From Myxococcales bacterium (GTDB taxonomy: Bacteria; Myxococcota_A; Polyangia; Palsa-1104; SHYY01), in contig SHYY01000010.1 in assembly GCA_009692555.1 (NCBI GenBank), positions 20 through 64,019 on the forward strand: DNA of 64,000 nucleotides. Reading direction: 5' to 3'. Positions within the stretch are counted from its first letter, which is position 1; each line of letters starts with the position of its first letter. A model generated the notes under the pieces. The model was not told the origin of the DNA and did no database searches. It was given only the letters and a program-made list of their open reading frames with translations. The translations under genes were made by a program, and so were the position numbers. This document shows, piece by piece, positions 46,492-55,016 of the stretch.

Positions 46492-46524
46492 CCCTCTCCC
46501 GCAGGCGACGCAGGCGGGAGAGGG
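46492..46524. terminator. GC-rich hairpin after the TIR gene (REP-like, same stem motif as 10311-10334)
   Basis: CCCTCTCCCGC-aggcgacgcag-GCGGGAGAGGG, a perfect 11-bp stem 49 nt after the TIR stop. No clear U-tract. Confidence 0.35.
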
Positions 46525-46901
46525 GGGCGATCGAGGGACAATCTGGACCAGTTTGGTGACGCACTGGAGTGTCGATCCTCCCCGCGAGATCAATCCGGTC
46601 ACTCGCGCCTCCCTCCCCTCCCTCCCCCAAAAACAAGGGGTGTCCAGCCGTCCAATCGTTCCCCATCCGCCCTCCGGACCCCAAAACCAGGTGGGGGCGC
46701 AGTGTGCGCGGAAGGGGGTGTTGCGCAGCGCGCAGCGCTTCGGCCGGCCTGGGGGCCGAATGCAAGCGGAACATCAAGGCCCGACGTGCCGCGGGCCCCT
46801 GCGGCCCCGGCGAAACCGGCCGTCCCCCGGACGCGCACTCCACCGCGCCCCCACGCCTCCCGCCCCAAGAAAGAAGTGCAGAAGTGCTACCCTCCGCCCC
46901 C

Positions 46902-48920
46902 ATGGACCGCCCTTTCAAGCTCGTCTCGAACTACACCCCGCGCGGCGATCAACCCAAAGCCATCGCCGAGCTGGTCGCCGGCGTGCGCCGCGGCGACCAG
47001 CATCAGGTGCTCCTCGGCATCACCGGCAGCGGCAAGACCTACACCGCCGCCTGCGTGATCGAGGCGGTCCAGAAGCCGACCCTGATCATCGCCCACAACA
47101 AGACCCTCGCCGCCCAGCTCTGCTCCGAGTTTCGCGACCTCTTCCCCGAGAATGCCGTGCAGTACTTCGTCTCCTATTACGACTACTACCAGCCCGAGGC
47201 CTACGTCCCCTCGTCGGACACATTCATCGAAAAGGACTCCCAGATCAACGAAGAGATCGACCGCATGCGCCACGCCGCGACACGCTCGCTCCTCACCCGC
47301 CGCGACGTGATCGTCGTCGCCTCGGTGAGCTGCATCTACGGCATCGGCGATCCCGGCTACTACAAGGGAATGGTCCTCTGCCTCGACGTCGGGCAAACTG
47401 TCAAGCGCGACGCGGTATTGCGCCGCCTGGTCGACCTCCAGTACCAGCGCAACGACATGGATTTCCACCGCGGCACCTTTCGCGTCCGCGGCGACGTGGT
47501 CGATATCTTTCCCGCCGACGAGGACAAGCTGGCCTTTCGCGTGGAATGGTTCGGCGACGAGATCGATTCGATCGCTGAAGTCGACCCGATGCGCGGCAAG
47601 GTGCTGAGGAAGCGTACCGAGATGAGCGTCTTCGCCGCCTCGCACTACGTCACGCCCACCGACGCGCTGGTCAAGGCGATCGAGGCGATCAAGATCGAAT
47701 TGCGCGAGCGCCTCCAGGAACTGGGCGCGGCGATGAAGCTGGTCGAGAAGCAGCGCCTCGAGCAGCGCACGATGTTCGACCTCGAGATGCTCGATCAAAT
47801 GGGCCATTGCACCGGCATCGAGAACTATTCGCGCCACCTCGCCGGGCGCGCCGCCGGGGCACCGCCGTCGACGCTGATGGACTACTTCCCGAAGGATTAT
47901 CTCCTCCTGGTCGACGAATCGCACCAGACCGTTCCGCAGGTGTCGGCGATGTACAAGGGTGACCGCGCCCGCAAGGAGACGCTGGTCAATTACGGCTTTC
48001 GCCTGCCGTCGGCGCTCGATAATCGGCCGCTCAAGTTCGAGGAGTGGGAGGCCCACGTCGGGCAGGCGATCTACGTCTCGGCCACGCCGGGTGATTACGA
48101 ATTGCAGAAGGCCCAGGGGGTCGTCGTCGAGCAGGTGATCCGGCCGACCGGATTGCTCGATCCGGAGATCGAGGTGCGGCCGGTGAAGGATCAGGTCGAT
48201 GACCTGCTGGGCGAGATCCGCGACCGGGTGGAGCGAAAAGAGCGCGTCCTGGTGACGACGCTGACCAAGCGAATGGCCGAGGATCTGACCGAGTACTACG
48301 CCGAGCTGGGGGTGCGGGTGCGCTACCTCCACGCCGACGTCGACACCCTCGATCGCATCGAGATCCTGCGCGATCTCCGACGGGGGGAGTTCGATGTGCT
48401 GGTCGGGATCAATCTGCTCCGCGAGGGGCTCGATCTGCCCGAGGTGTCGCTGGTGGCGATCCTCGACGCCGACAAGGAGGGTTTCCTGCGCGCCGAGCGC
48501 TCGCTGATCCAGACCTGTGGCCGCGCCGCCCGCAACGTCCGCGGCAAGGTCATCATGTACGGCGACCGGATCACCCGCTCGATGAAGGCGGCGATCGATG
48601 TCACCGATGCGCGACGCGTGATCCAGGCCGCCTACAACAAGGCGCACAAGATCACCCCGAAGACCATCGTGCGGGCGATCCACGCCGATCTGCGCGGGAC
48701 CGTCGACAACGCCGACTACCACGATATTCCGGAGGTGGCGGCGATGGCGGCGGAGGACCGCCCGGACTACGATCTGCCATCGCTGAAGGAGCTTCCGGGG
48801 CGCATCGCGGCGCTGAAGCGCGAGATGCACGCCGCGGCCGAGGACCTGGAGTTCGAGAAGGCGGCGGCGATCCGCGACCGGATCAAGTCGCTCGAGGAGC
48901 TCGAGCTGCGGCTGCGGTGA
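46902..48920 (+). CDS. uvrB: excinuclease ABC subunit B
   Basis: 672 aa from ATG 46902. [21 protein letters not shown]...[12 protein letters not shown]...helicase motifs...C-terminal [11 protein letters not shown] (UVR domain). Confidence 0.96.
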   Translation: MDRPFKLVSNYTPRGDQPKAIAELVAGVRRGDQHQVLLGITGSGKTYTAACVIEAVQKPTLIIAHNKTLAAQLCSEFRDLFPENAVQYFVSYYDYYQPEAYVPSSDTFIEKDSQINEEIDRMRHAATRSLLTRRDVIVVASVSCIYGIGDPGYYKGMVLCLDVGQTVKRDAVLRRLVDLQYQRNDMDFHRGTFRVRGDVVDIFPADEDKLAFRVEWFGDEIDSIAEVDPMRGKVLRKRTEMSVFAASHYVTPTDALVKAIEAIKIELRERLQELGAAMKLVEKQRLEQRTMFDLEMLDQMGHCTGIENYSRHLAGRAAGAPPSTLMDYFPKDYLLLVDESHQTVPQVSAMYKGDRARKETLVNYGFRLPSALDNRPLKFEEWEAHVGQAIYVSATPGDYELQKAQGVVVEQVIRPTGLLDPEIEVRPVKDQVDDLLGEIRDRVERKERVLVTTLTKRMAEDLTEYYAELGVRVRYLHADVDTLDRIEILRDLRRGEFDVLVGINLLREGLDLPEVSLVAILDADKEGFLRAERSLIQTCGRAARNVRGKVIMYGDRITRSMKAAIDVTDARRVIQAAYNKAHKITPKTIVRAIHADLRGTVDNADYHDIPEVAAMAAEDRPDYDLPSLKELPGRIAALKREMHAAAEDLEFEKAAAIRDRIKSLEELELRLR

Positions 48921-48930
48921 GCCGCTTCTT

Positions 48931-49803
48931 CTATCCGAGGCGCGCGAGAAACTCGTCGGCCACCGCGTGGATCCGCTCCGGCACCTCCACCTGCGCGAGG
49001 TGGGTGTGCCCTTCGATCACATGCAGCACCGAGCCGGCGATCCGCCTCTGCATCGTCCGGGACAGCGACGGCGGCGTGAGCTGATCCTTGCCCCCGGCGA
49101 TGATCAGCGTCGGGACGCGGATAGTCTCGAGCACCTCCTCGGCGGTGTGGTCGAGGTAGGAAGACACCGCGGCCGTCATCACGCCGGGGTCCATCTTCGC
49201 GATGTGGGCGAACAGCTCGTCGAGGAGGTCCTTCGGGCAGTCGCGGCGGTGCGCGCCACCGGCGAGGTAGGAGAGCTCGCGTCCGAGCGGAGTGCGCAGG
49301 AAGGGCCACAGCGCGGCCTGGAAGAGCGCCCCGCCGCGCGCCCCCATCCGCACCGCCGCGATCAGCGCGCGACGCAGCTTCTCCGACGACGAGACGCGCC
49401 CGAGGGGGTGGCCCCAGGTGCCGCAGATCAGGACCAGCGCGCGCATGTCGCCGGGGTGGCGTCGGTAGTGCTCGAGCGCGGTCTGCACGCCCATGCTGAG
49501 CCCGCAGACGATCGCCGGGCGCGCGAGGTCGGGCACCGCGCCGAGCACCGCGTGGGCGTCGTCCGCGTAGCCCGTGATCCCGACGGTGGCGAGGTCGGCC
49601 GGGCGGGGCGATGCGCCGTGTCCCCGGTAGTCCCAGGTGATGACCGAGAAGCGCCGGCGGAAGTGCTGGACCCAGTAGCGCCAGTGCAGCTCGGTCGAGA
49701 GCAGGCCGTTGTGGATCAGCATCGCCGGCCCCTCGCCACGGCGACGGTAGGCGACGGTGGCGCCGTCGGGGGCGGTGATCCGGACGGGAGCGTGCGAAGG
49801 CAT
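48931..49803 (-). CDS. alpha/beta-fold hydrolase
   Basis: 290 aa. HNGLLS...WDYRGHGAS...GLSMGV (nucleophile elbow)...GGKD...H. Confidence 0.8.
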   Translation of the reverse strand: MPSHAPVRITAPDGATVAYRRRGEGPAMLIHNGLLSTELHWRYWVQHFRRRFSVITWDYRGHGASPRPADLATVGITGYADDAHAVLGAVPDLARPAIVCGLSMGVQTALEHYRRHPGDMRALVLICGTWGHPLGRVSSSEKLRRALIAAVRMGARGGALFQAALWPFLRTPLGRELSYLAGGAHRRDCPKDLLDELFAHIAKMDPGVMTAAVSSYLDHTAEEVLETIRVPTLIIAGGKDQLTPPSLSRTMQRRIAGSVLHVIEGHTHLAQVEVPERIHAVADEFLARLG

Positions 49804-50359
49804 GGCCCGTTATATCGCAGCAGGCGGTGCGGGCGTGAGACCCAGCTCGTCTTTCGCGACAGCGGGTTCGCGGACGACGTCGCCAAGAGCAACCTCACCG
49901 CCATCCTCCAGCAGCACGGGCTTCCATACGTGCGGAGTTTGTAGGGGCATGGCGAAGCCCACTTCAAGACACTGGGAGATGCCGACAACCCGGCGCGCTT
50001 CAAGGTGGCAATGAAGCTCTCGGACGTGCTCGGGGGAGAGTGAGTCCGCCGCGAGCGGCCCGCCGCGCCCAGGCCCAGGGGGCAATGCCCCAGGTCCATC
50101 CGGCGCATGTTGCAGGCGGTGCGGGTGTATCACCGGAGGGGGTGTAACCGTGTGTCACAGAGGTGACACGCGCGGGCGGGGCCTGGAATGCTTGGGATTT
50201 CGCGGGATGGACGGTGGCACACCGGGTGCTTGGGGCCGGCGCGCCCCCATGAGAACCGACCTTGGACGGCCGGACTCTTTCTGTCATCCTCTGCGCGCCC
50301 ACCGCCGCTCCGACGAGGGAAGCGCCCCCGGTGGGCCCCCTTCGCGAGGAGCCTCCCCG

Positions 50360-51109
50360 GTGCAGCCCGATCCCCCAGTCGACGCGCGCGCCATCGCCCG
50401 CCTGGAAGCCGTCTCCAAGACCTACGAGATGGGCGAGGTCGAGGTGCGCGCCCTCCACGAGGTGTCGATGACCATCCGCGCCGGCGAGATGGTGGCGATC
50501 ATGGGCGCCTCGGGATCAGGCAAGTCCACCATGCTGAACCTCCTCGGCACGCTCGACCGACCCACCAGCGGACGCTACTTCCTCGACGGTGAGCCGGTGG
50601 AGGACCTCGACGAGTACGAGCTGTCGCGCCTGCGCAATCGCAAGATCGGCTTTGTCTTCCAGTCCTTCAACCTGCTCCCGCGCGACAGCGCGCTCTCGAA
50701 CGTCGAGCTGCCGATGGTGTACGCCCAGGTTCGCTCGTCGCAGAGGCGGCAGCGGGCCGAGGACGCGCTGGTGCGGGTGGGCCTCGGCGATCGGATCGAG
50801 CACCTGCCGAATCAGCTCTCGGGCGGGCAACAGCAGCGCGTGTCGATCGCCCGCGCGATCGTCAACCAGCCGGTGATCCTCCTCGCCGACGAGCCGACCG
50901 GCGCGCTCGACACCACGACCACCAAGCAGGTGATGGAGCTGTTCTGCGATCTGCACGCGCAGGGGATGACCGTGGTGGTGGTGACGCACGATCCGAACAT
51001 CGCCAGCTACGCCGGGCGCGTGGTCCGCTTCCAGGACGGGGTGATCGTCAGCGACGAGAAGACGCCTCGCAGCGGTCCCCCTGGAAGCGACGGAGGAGTC
51101 GCCCAGTGA
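50360..51109 (+). CDS. ABC transporter ATP-binding protein (MacB/LolD family)
   Basis: GTG 50360 gives 249 aa. Motifs are GASGSGKST, LSGGQQQRVSIARA and ILLADEPTGALD. The start is uncertain. Confidence 0.85.
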   Translation: MQPDPPVDARAIARLEAVSKTYEMGEVEVRALHEVSMTIRAGEMVAIMGASGSGKSTMLNLLGTLDRPTSGRYFLDGEPVEDLDEYELSRLRNRKIGFVFQSFNLLPRDSALSNVELPMVYAQVRSSQRRQRAEDALVRVGLGDRIEHLPNQLSGGQQQRVSIARAIVNQPVILLADEPTGALDTTTTKQVMELFCDLHAQGMTVVVVTHDPNIASYAGRVVRFQDGVIVSDEKTPRSGPPGSDGGVAQ

Positions 51110-52569
51110 GGGCGCTTCTCGCCCTGGCGCTCGCCCTCGCGGCCCCCTCCGCGCACGCCGCGCCGCTGCCTTCCTTGCGCCCGGAGGGCGAGGCGTCTCG
51201 ACGGGAGTCGGGGCGCTTCCTCTCGCTCGCCGACGCGGTCGATCTCGCGATGGCGCAGGAGCCGCTGCTGGTCGAGGCGCGGATCGTCGAGGACCGCAGC
51301 AAGCTCGGCGTCCTGCGCGCGCAGCTCGACCGCGTGAGTCTCAAGGTCGACGGCTCGCTCCAGGAGCTGTGGAACAAGCAGAACATCGCCGGACCTTCGA
51401 TCAACGTCTGCACCGCCTCAGGAGTCACCTTCACCAGCGATAAGGCGAGCTGCGAAAAGATGGGCGGCACCTCGGCGCCGGCGGCGGAGCAGTCCCCGTC
51501 AGCTGGCCAGGGCCTCTTCAACCTCTCGGCGAACCTGAACGCGCCGCTCTTCACCGGCTTCCGGATCTCCTCGAACGTGAGGCGCGCCCAGCTCACGCAG
51601 GAGTCGGCGGTGGTGCAGCTTCGCCAGGTCCGCCGCGAGACCGCGCTCGCCGTCGCGCGCGCCTACTGGGGCGTGCGGCGCTACCAGCTCCTCGGCGAGG
51701 TGCAGCTCCAGTCGCTGGAGCGGATGAAGCAGGCCGAGGCGGTGGCCGAGGGGCGCGCCTCGGCCGGGCTGGCACCGCCGATCGATCGCAATCGCGCCCA
51801 CCTCCGCCGCGTGCTCCAGCAGGCCACGCTGGCCGATCTCGAGGGCCAGGCGCGCGAGCTGGTGGCGCAGTTCGGCGTCACGCTGGGGGTCGGCGACGCG
51901 GTGATCCTGACCGATGCGCCAAGCTTCCCCGACGCAGCGCCACCGTCGGTGGAGGAGCTGATCGCGCAGGCCCGGTCGGGGCGCACCGAGGTGGCGGGGG
52001 CGAAGCTCCAGACCGCGGCGCAGCATCAGCTCGTGCGGATCGCACAATCGGGCTACTACCCGCAGGTTGGCGTCTACGGGCTGCTCCAGTTCGGCAACAA
52101 CCCGTATCTGCCCGGCGTCGGGGCGCGCTCGGCATCGGCGGCGGCCAACCCGTTCGGCAACCTCGCCGGCAACCTCACCCTCGGGGCAACGCTGTCAATG
52201 AACTTCCTCGACACGCTCAACACCTGGACCGACGCGCGCGACGCGAAGCTCGAGGAGCGGCGCCTCACCGAGGAGGAGCGGCGCCAGGGGCGGATCGTCG
52301 AGGCCGACGTGCGGCTCGCGCACGCGCGGCTTTCGAGGTTCCACGGAAGGCGCGTTCCACTCGCGGCGGCGCGCGTGGTGGCGGCCGACAACGCGGTGAT
52401 CCTCGAGGGGCGCTATCGCAGCGGCGACGCGCTGGTGCTCGAGATGCTCGAAGCGCAGAACGACCTGGCGAACATCGAGCTGCAGCTCGCCGACGTGACG
52501 GCGCAGCTTCAGCTGGCGTGGCTGGAGATCGACGCGGCGCTCGGCCGCACCGTAGGAGCGAGACCATGA
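51106..52569 (+). CDS. TolC-family outer-membrane efflux protein
   Basis: 487 aa. GTG overlaps the upstream stop (GTGA), with SD GGAGGA. Signal peptide and two-repeat coiled-coil/beta pattern typical of OMF proteins. Confidence 0.75.
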   Translation: MRALLALALALAAPSAHAAPLPSLRPEGEASRRESGRFLSLADAVDLAMAQEPLLVEARIVEDRSKLGVLRAQLDRVSLKVDGSLQELWNKQNIAGPSINVCTASGVTFTSDKASCEKMGGTSAPAAEQSPSAGQGLFNLSANLNAPLFTGFRISSNVRRAQLTQESAVVQLRQVRRETALAVARAYWGVRRYQLLGEVQLQSLERMKQAEAVAEGRASAGLAPPIDRNRAHLRRVLQQATLADLEGQARELVAQFGVTLGVGDAVILTDAPSFPDAAPPSVEELIAQARSGRTEVAGAKLQTAAQHQLVRIAQSGYYPQVGVYGLLQFGNNPYLPGVGARSASAAANPFGNLAGNLTLGATLSMNFLDTLNTWTDARDAKLEERRLTEEERRQGRIVEADVRLAHARLSRFHGRRVPLAAARVVAADNAVILEGRYRSGDALVLEMLEAQNDLANIELQLADVTAQLQLAWLEIDAALGRTVGARP

Positions 52570-53738
52570 GCACGAAGACTCCGCGCATGCGGCGCAGAAA
52601 ATGGCCCTGGGTGGTGGTGACGCTGGTGGCGCTGGCCTCGGTGTTCGCCCTGATCCGGCGCGGCAACGGCGGGCAACGGACGATCGACTCCACGCTGGTG
52701 GTGAAGGCCAAGCGGGGCGATCTCGAGATCGCGGTGATCGAGACCGGCAAGGTCCAGCCGCGCGAAAAGATCGAGCTGAAGTCGAAGGTCGCCGGGCAGG
52801 TGGAGCGCGTGCTCGTCGAGGAGGGGATGAAGGTCAAGAAAGGGCAGGTGCTGCTCCGGCTCGACACCACCGACTTCCGGCGCGACATGGCCCGCGCGCA
52901 GTCCGACGTGGCGCGGGCGCAGGCCGACGTGGCGCAGGCCAAGAACGGGCTCGACTTCGCGCTGCAGAGCCTCGAGCGGAAGCGGCGCGGCCTGGAGAGC
53001 CGGGGCGTGGCGCAGATCGAGATCGAGCTGGCGGAGAACGAGGTCAAGGTGAGGACGGTCGGCCTGCAATCGGCGGAGGTGATGCTCGGCGGGTCGAAGG
53101 TGGCGCTCGGCGCCTCGGAGGATCGGATGCGCTACACGCAGATCCCTTCGCCGATCGACGGGACGGTGATCCAGCGCGGGATCCAGCCGGGCGAGGTGGT
53201 CACACCGGGCGTGCAGGCCACCTTCGAGGGCAAGGCCCTGCTGACGGTGGCGGACCTCTCGACGCTGATCGTGAAGACCGATCTCAACCAGATCGACGTG
53301 GCGAAGGTGAAGCTCGGACAGAGCGTCACGCTGACGCTGGATGCGCTGCCGCGGCGGAAGTACGAGGCGACGATCACCAAGATCGCGCCCGCCTCGCAGA
53401 ACCCGAAGGGCAAGGACGTGGACGTGTTTCCCGTCGAGGCGACGCTGAAGAAGGGCGACGAGGCGATCAAGCCGGGGATGACCGCCGACGTGCGGATCCA
53501 CATCGAGACGCGAGCGAAGGTGCTCTCGCTGCCGATCGAGGCGGTGGTCAGGGAGGGCGGCAAATCGACGGTGACCAAGGTGCTCCCGGGCACCGGCGGG
53601 CAGCAGCGCACCGAGAAGGCCGAGGTGCAGGTGGGGGCGCGCAACGACCGCGAGATCGAGATCCTGTCCGGCGTCACGGAGGGCGAGCCGATCCTGATCA
53701 AGCCCGCCTCCTCGTGGGAAAACGAATACAAAATGTAG
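52566..53738 (+). CDS. efflux periplasmic adaptor (HlyD/MacA family)
   Basis: ATG 52566 overlaps the TolC-like stop (ATGA), giving 390 aa. N-terminal anchor, coiled-coil hairpin and beta-barrel motifs (GQVLLRLD, SPIDGTVI). Confidence 0.8.
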   Translation: MSTKTPRMRRRKWPWVVVTLVALASVFALIRRGNGGQRTIDSTLVVKAKRGDLEIAVIETGKVQPREKIELKSKVAGQVERVLVEEGMKVKKGQVLLRLDTTDFRRDMARAQSDVARAQADVAQAKNGLDFALQSLERKRRGLESRGVAQIEIELAENEVKVRTVGLQSAEVMLGGSKVALGASEDRMRYTQIPSPIDGTVIQRGIQPGEVVTPGVQATFEGKALLTVADLSTLIVKTDLNQIDVAKVKLGQSVTLTLDALPRRKYEATITKIAPASQNPKGKDVDVFPVEATLKKGDEAIKPGMTADVRIHIETRAKVLSLPIEAVVREGGKSTVTKVLPGTGGQQRTEKAEVQVGARNDREIEILSGVTEGEPILIKPASSWENEYKM

Positions 53739-53790
53739 GGGGCCCTTCGACTCTTCGGCAACCTCAGGCTCAGGACGAACGGAGACAAGT

Positions 53791-55014
53791 ATCTGGATCG
53801 AGTACATACGGATCGCGCGGCGCGTCCTCTGGGCACACCGGTTTCGATCGCTGCTCACCATCCTGAGCGTGACCTTCGGGGCCTTCTCGATCGTCCTCAT
53901 GTCGTCGCTGGCGGAGAGCGGGCTGTCGACGCTGGCGCGCGGCCTCGAGGACCTCGGCGGGGCGCGGCTGATCGATATCCAGGTCAAGTCGCCGGAGCGC
54001 GCCGAGGCCAAGCGGTCGAGCTACACCCGCGGGATGACCGTCGCCGACCGCGACCTCCTCTTCACCGCCCTGCCGCACGTGGTCGAGCGCTCGATGTTCG
54101 CCACGCTGTGGCGCCACGACGTGGTGGGCGATTCGGGCGTCCTATCGCGCACCGATCTGGTCGCCAGCGATGGGGGCTTCCTCGATCTCTTCCGGATGCG
54201 GCTGGCCAAGGGACGCGCCTTCACCGAGGACGAGAACCGCCACCACGCCAAGGTGTGCGTGGTCGGACACAAGCTGGCGGAGAAGGTCTGGGGCGGTGAC
54301 GCGGTCGGGAAGTGGCTGTCCGTCGACGGGCTGCGCTGCCACGTGGTCGGTCAGCTCGCCGATCAGGACCGCTGGGGGATCAACTTCGGCTTCGACTGGC
54401 TCGACCTGGTGGTGGTCCCGCTCGACACGCTCGGCGACATCGACCCCCGCGCGCCGCTCGGCGCCGAGATCCTCTTCAAGACCGATGACGCCTCCTCCAA
54501 CGTGGCGGTGAAGCGGATCATCAACGCGCTGCTGGTGGAGCGGCATCACGGCGTCGACGACTTCGAGATCTTCGACTTCGCCGGCCTGATGGAGAAGTTC
54601 CACCAGATCTTCACCACCATGAACGTCATCGTCGGGTTCATCGCCGGGATCGCGCTGCTCGTCGGTGGCATCGGGGTGATGAACATGATGCTGGTGTCGG
54701 TCTCGGAGCGGGTGCGCGAGATCGGGATCCGCAAGGCGCTCGGCGCCAACCCGCGCGACATCGGGGCGCAGTTCCTGTGCGAGGCGGTGGTGCTCGCGGG
54801 CAGCGGCGGACTGATCGGCGTGACCGGAGGTGTGCTCGCCGCGCTCGCGACGGGGGCGATCCTGAAGCACTTCAAGCCGATGTGGGTGGGTGTGGTCGCG
54901 CAGAACGCGGTGATCACCGCGCTCTGCGTCTCCGTCGGTGTCGGCCTGGTCTTCGGATACTTTCCGGCGCGGCGCGCAGGCCGGCTCGACGCCATCCAGG
55001 CGATGCGGAGGTAG
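53791..55014 (+). CDS. MacB-type ABC permease (FtsX domain), start non-canonical
   Basis: The canonical ORF starts at GTG 53869, but that would delete half of TM1. The in-frame sequence IWIEYIRIARRVLWAHRFRSLLTILS aligns with the N-terminus of the paralogue at 55017. ATC 53791 has GGAGA 5 nt upstream. C-terminal FtsX motifs (RVREIGIRKALGA). Confidence 0.7.
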   Translation: MWIEYIRIARRVLWAHRFRSLLTILSVTFGAFSIVLMSSLAESGLSTLARGLEDLGGARLIDIQVKSPERAEAKRSSYTRGMTVADRDLLFTALPHVVERSMFATLWRHDVVGDSGVLSRTDLVASDGGFLDLFRMRLAKGRAFTEDENRHHAKVCVVGHKLAEKVWGGDAVGKWLSVDGLRCHVVGQLADQDRWGINFGFDWLDLVVVPLDTLGDIDPRAPLGAEILFKTDDASSNVAVKRIINALLVERHHGVDDFEIFDFAGLMEKFHQIFTTMNVIVGFIAGIALLVGGIGVMNMMLVSVSERVREIGIRKALGANPRDIGAQFLCEAVVLAGSGGLIGVTGGVLAALATGAILKHFKPMWVGVVAQNAVITALCVSVGVGLVFGYFPARRAGRLDAIQAMRR

Positions 55015-55016
55015 CG

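Noticed and set aside
46569-46901. N-terminal extension of the uvrB ORF (783 aa) and other ORFs in 46444-46901.
   Set aside because: The extension is Pro/Arg-rich and unlike any UvrB. The canonical UvrB N-terminus MDRPFKLVS starts at 46902.
49837-50111. Small ORF fragments (…LTAILQQHGLPYVRSL-stop; GHGEAHFKTLGDADNPARFKVAMKLSDVLGGE-stop) as genes.
   Set aside because: They have no start codons or RBS and are too short. I could not recognise a family. They are possibly remnants.
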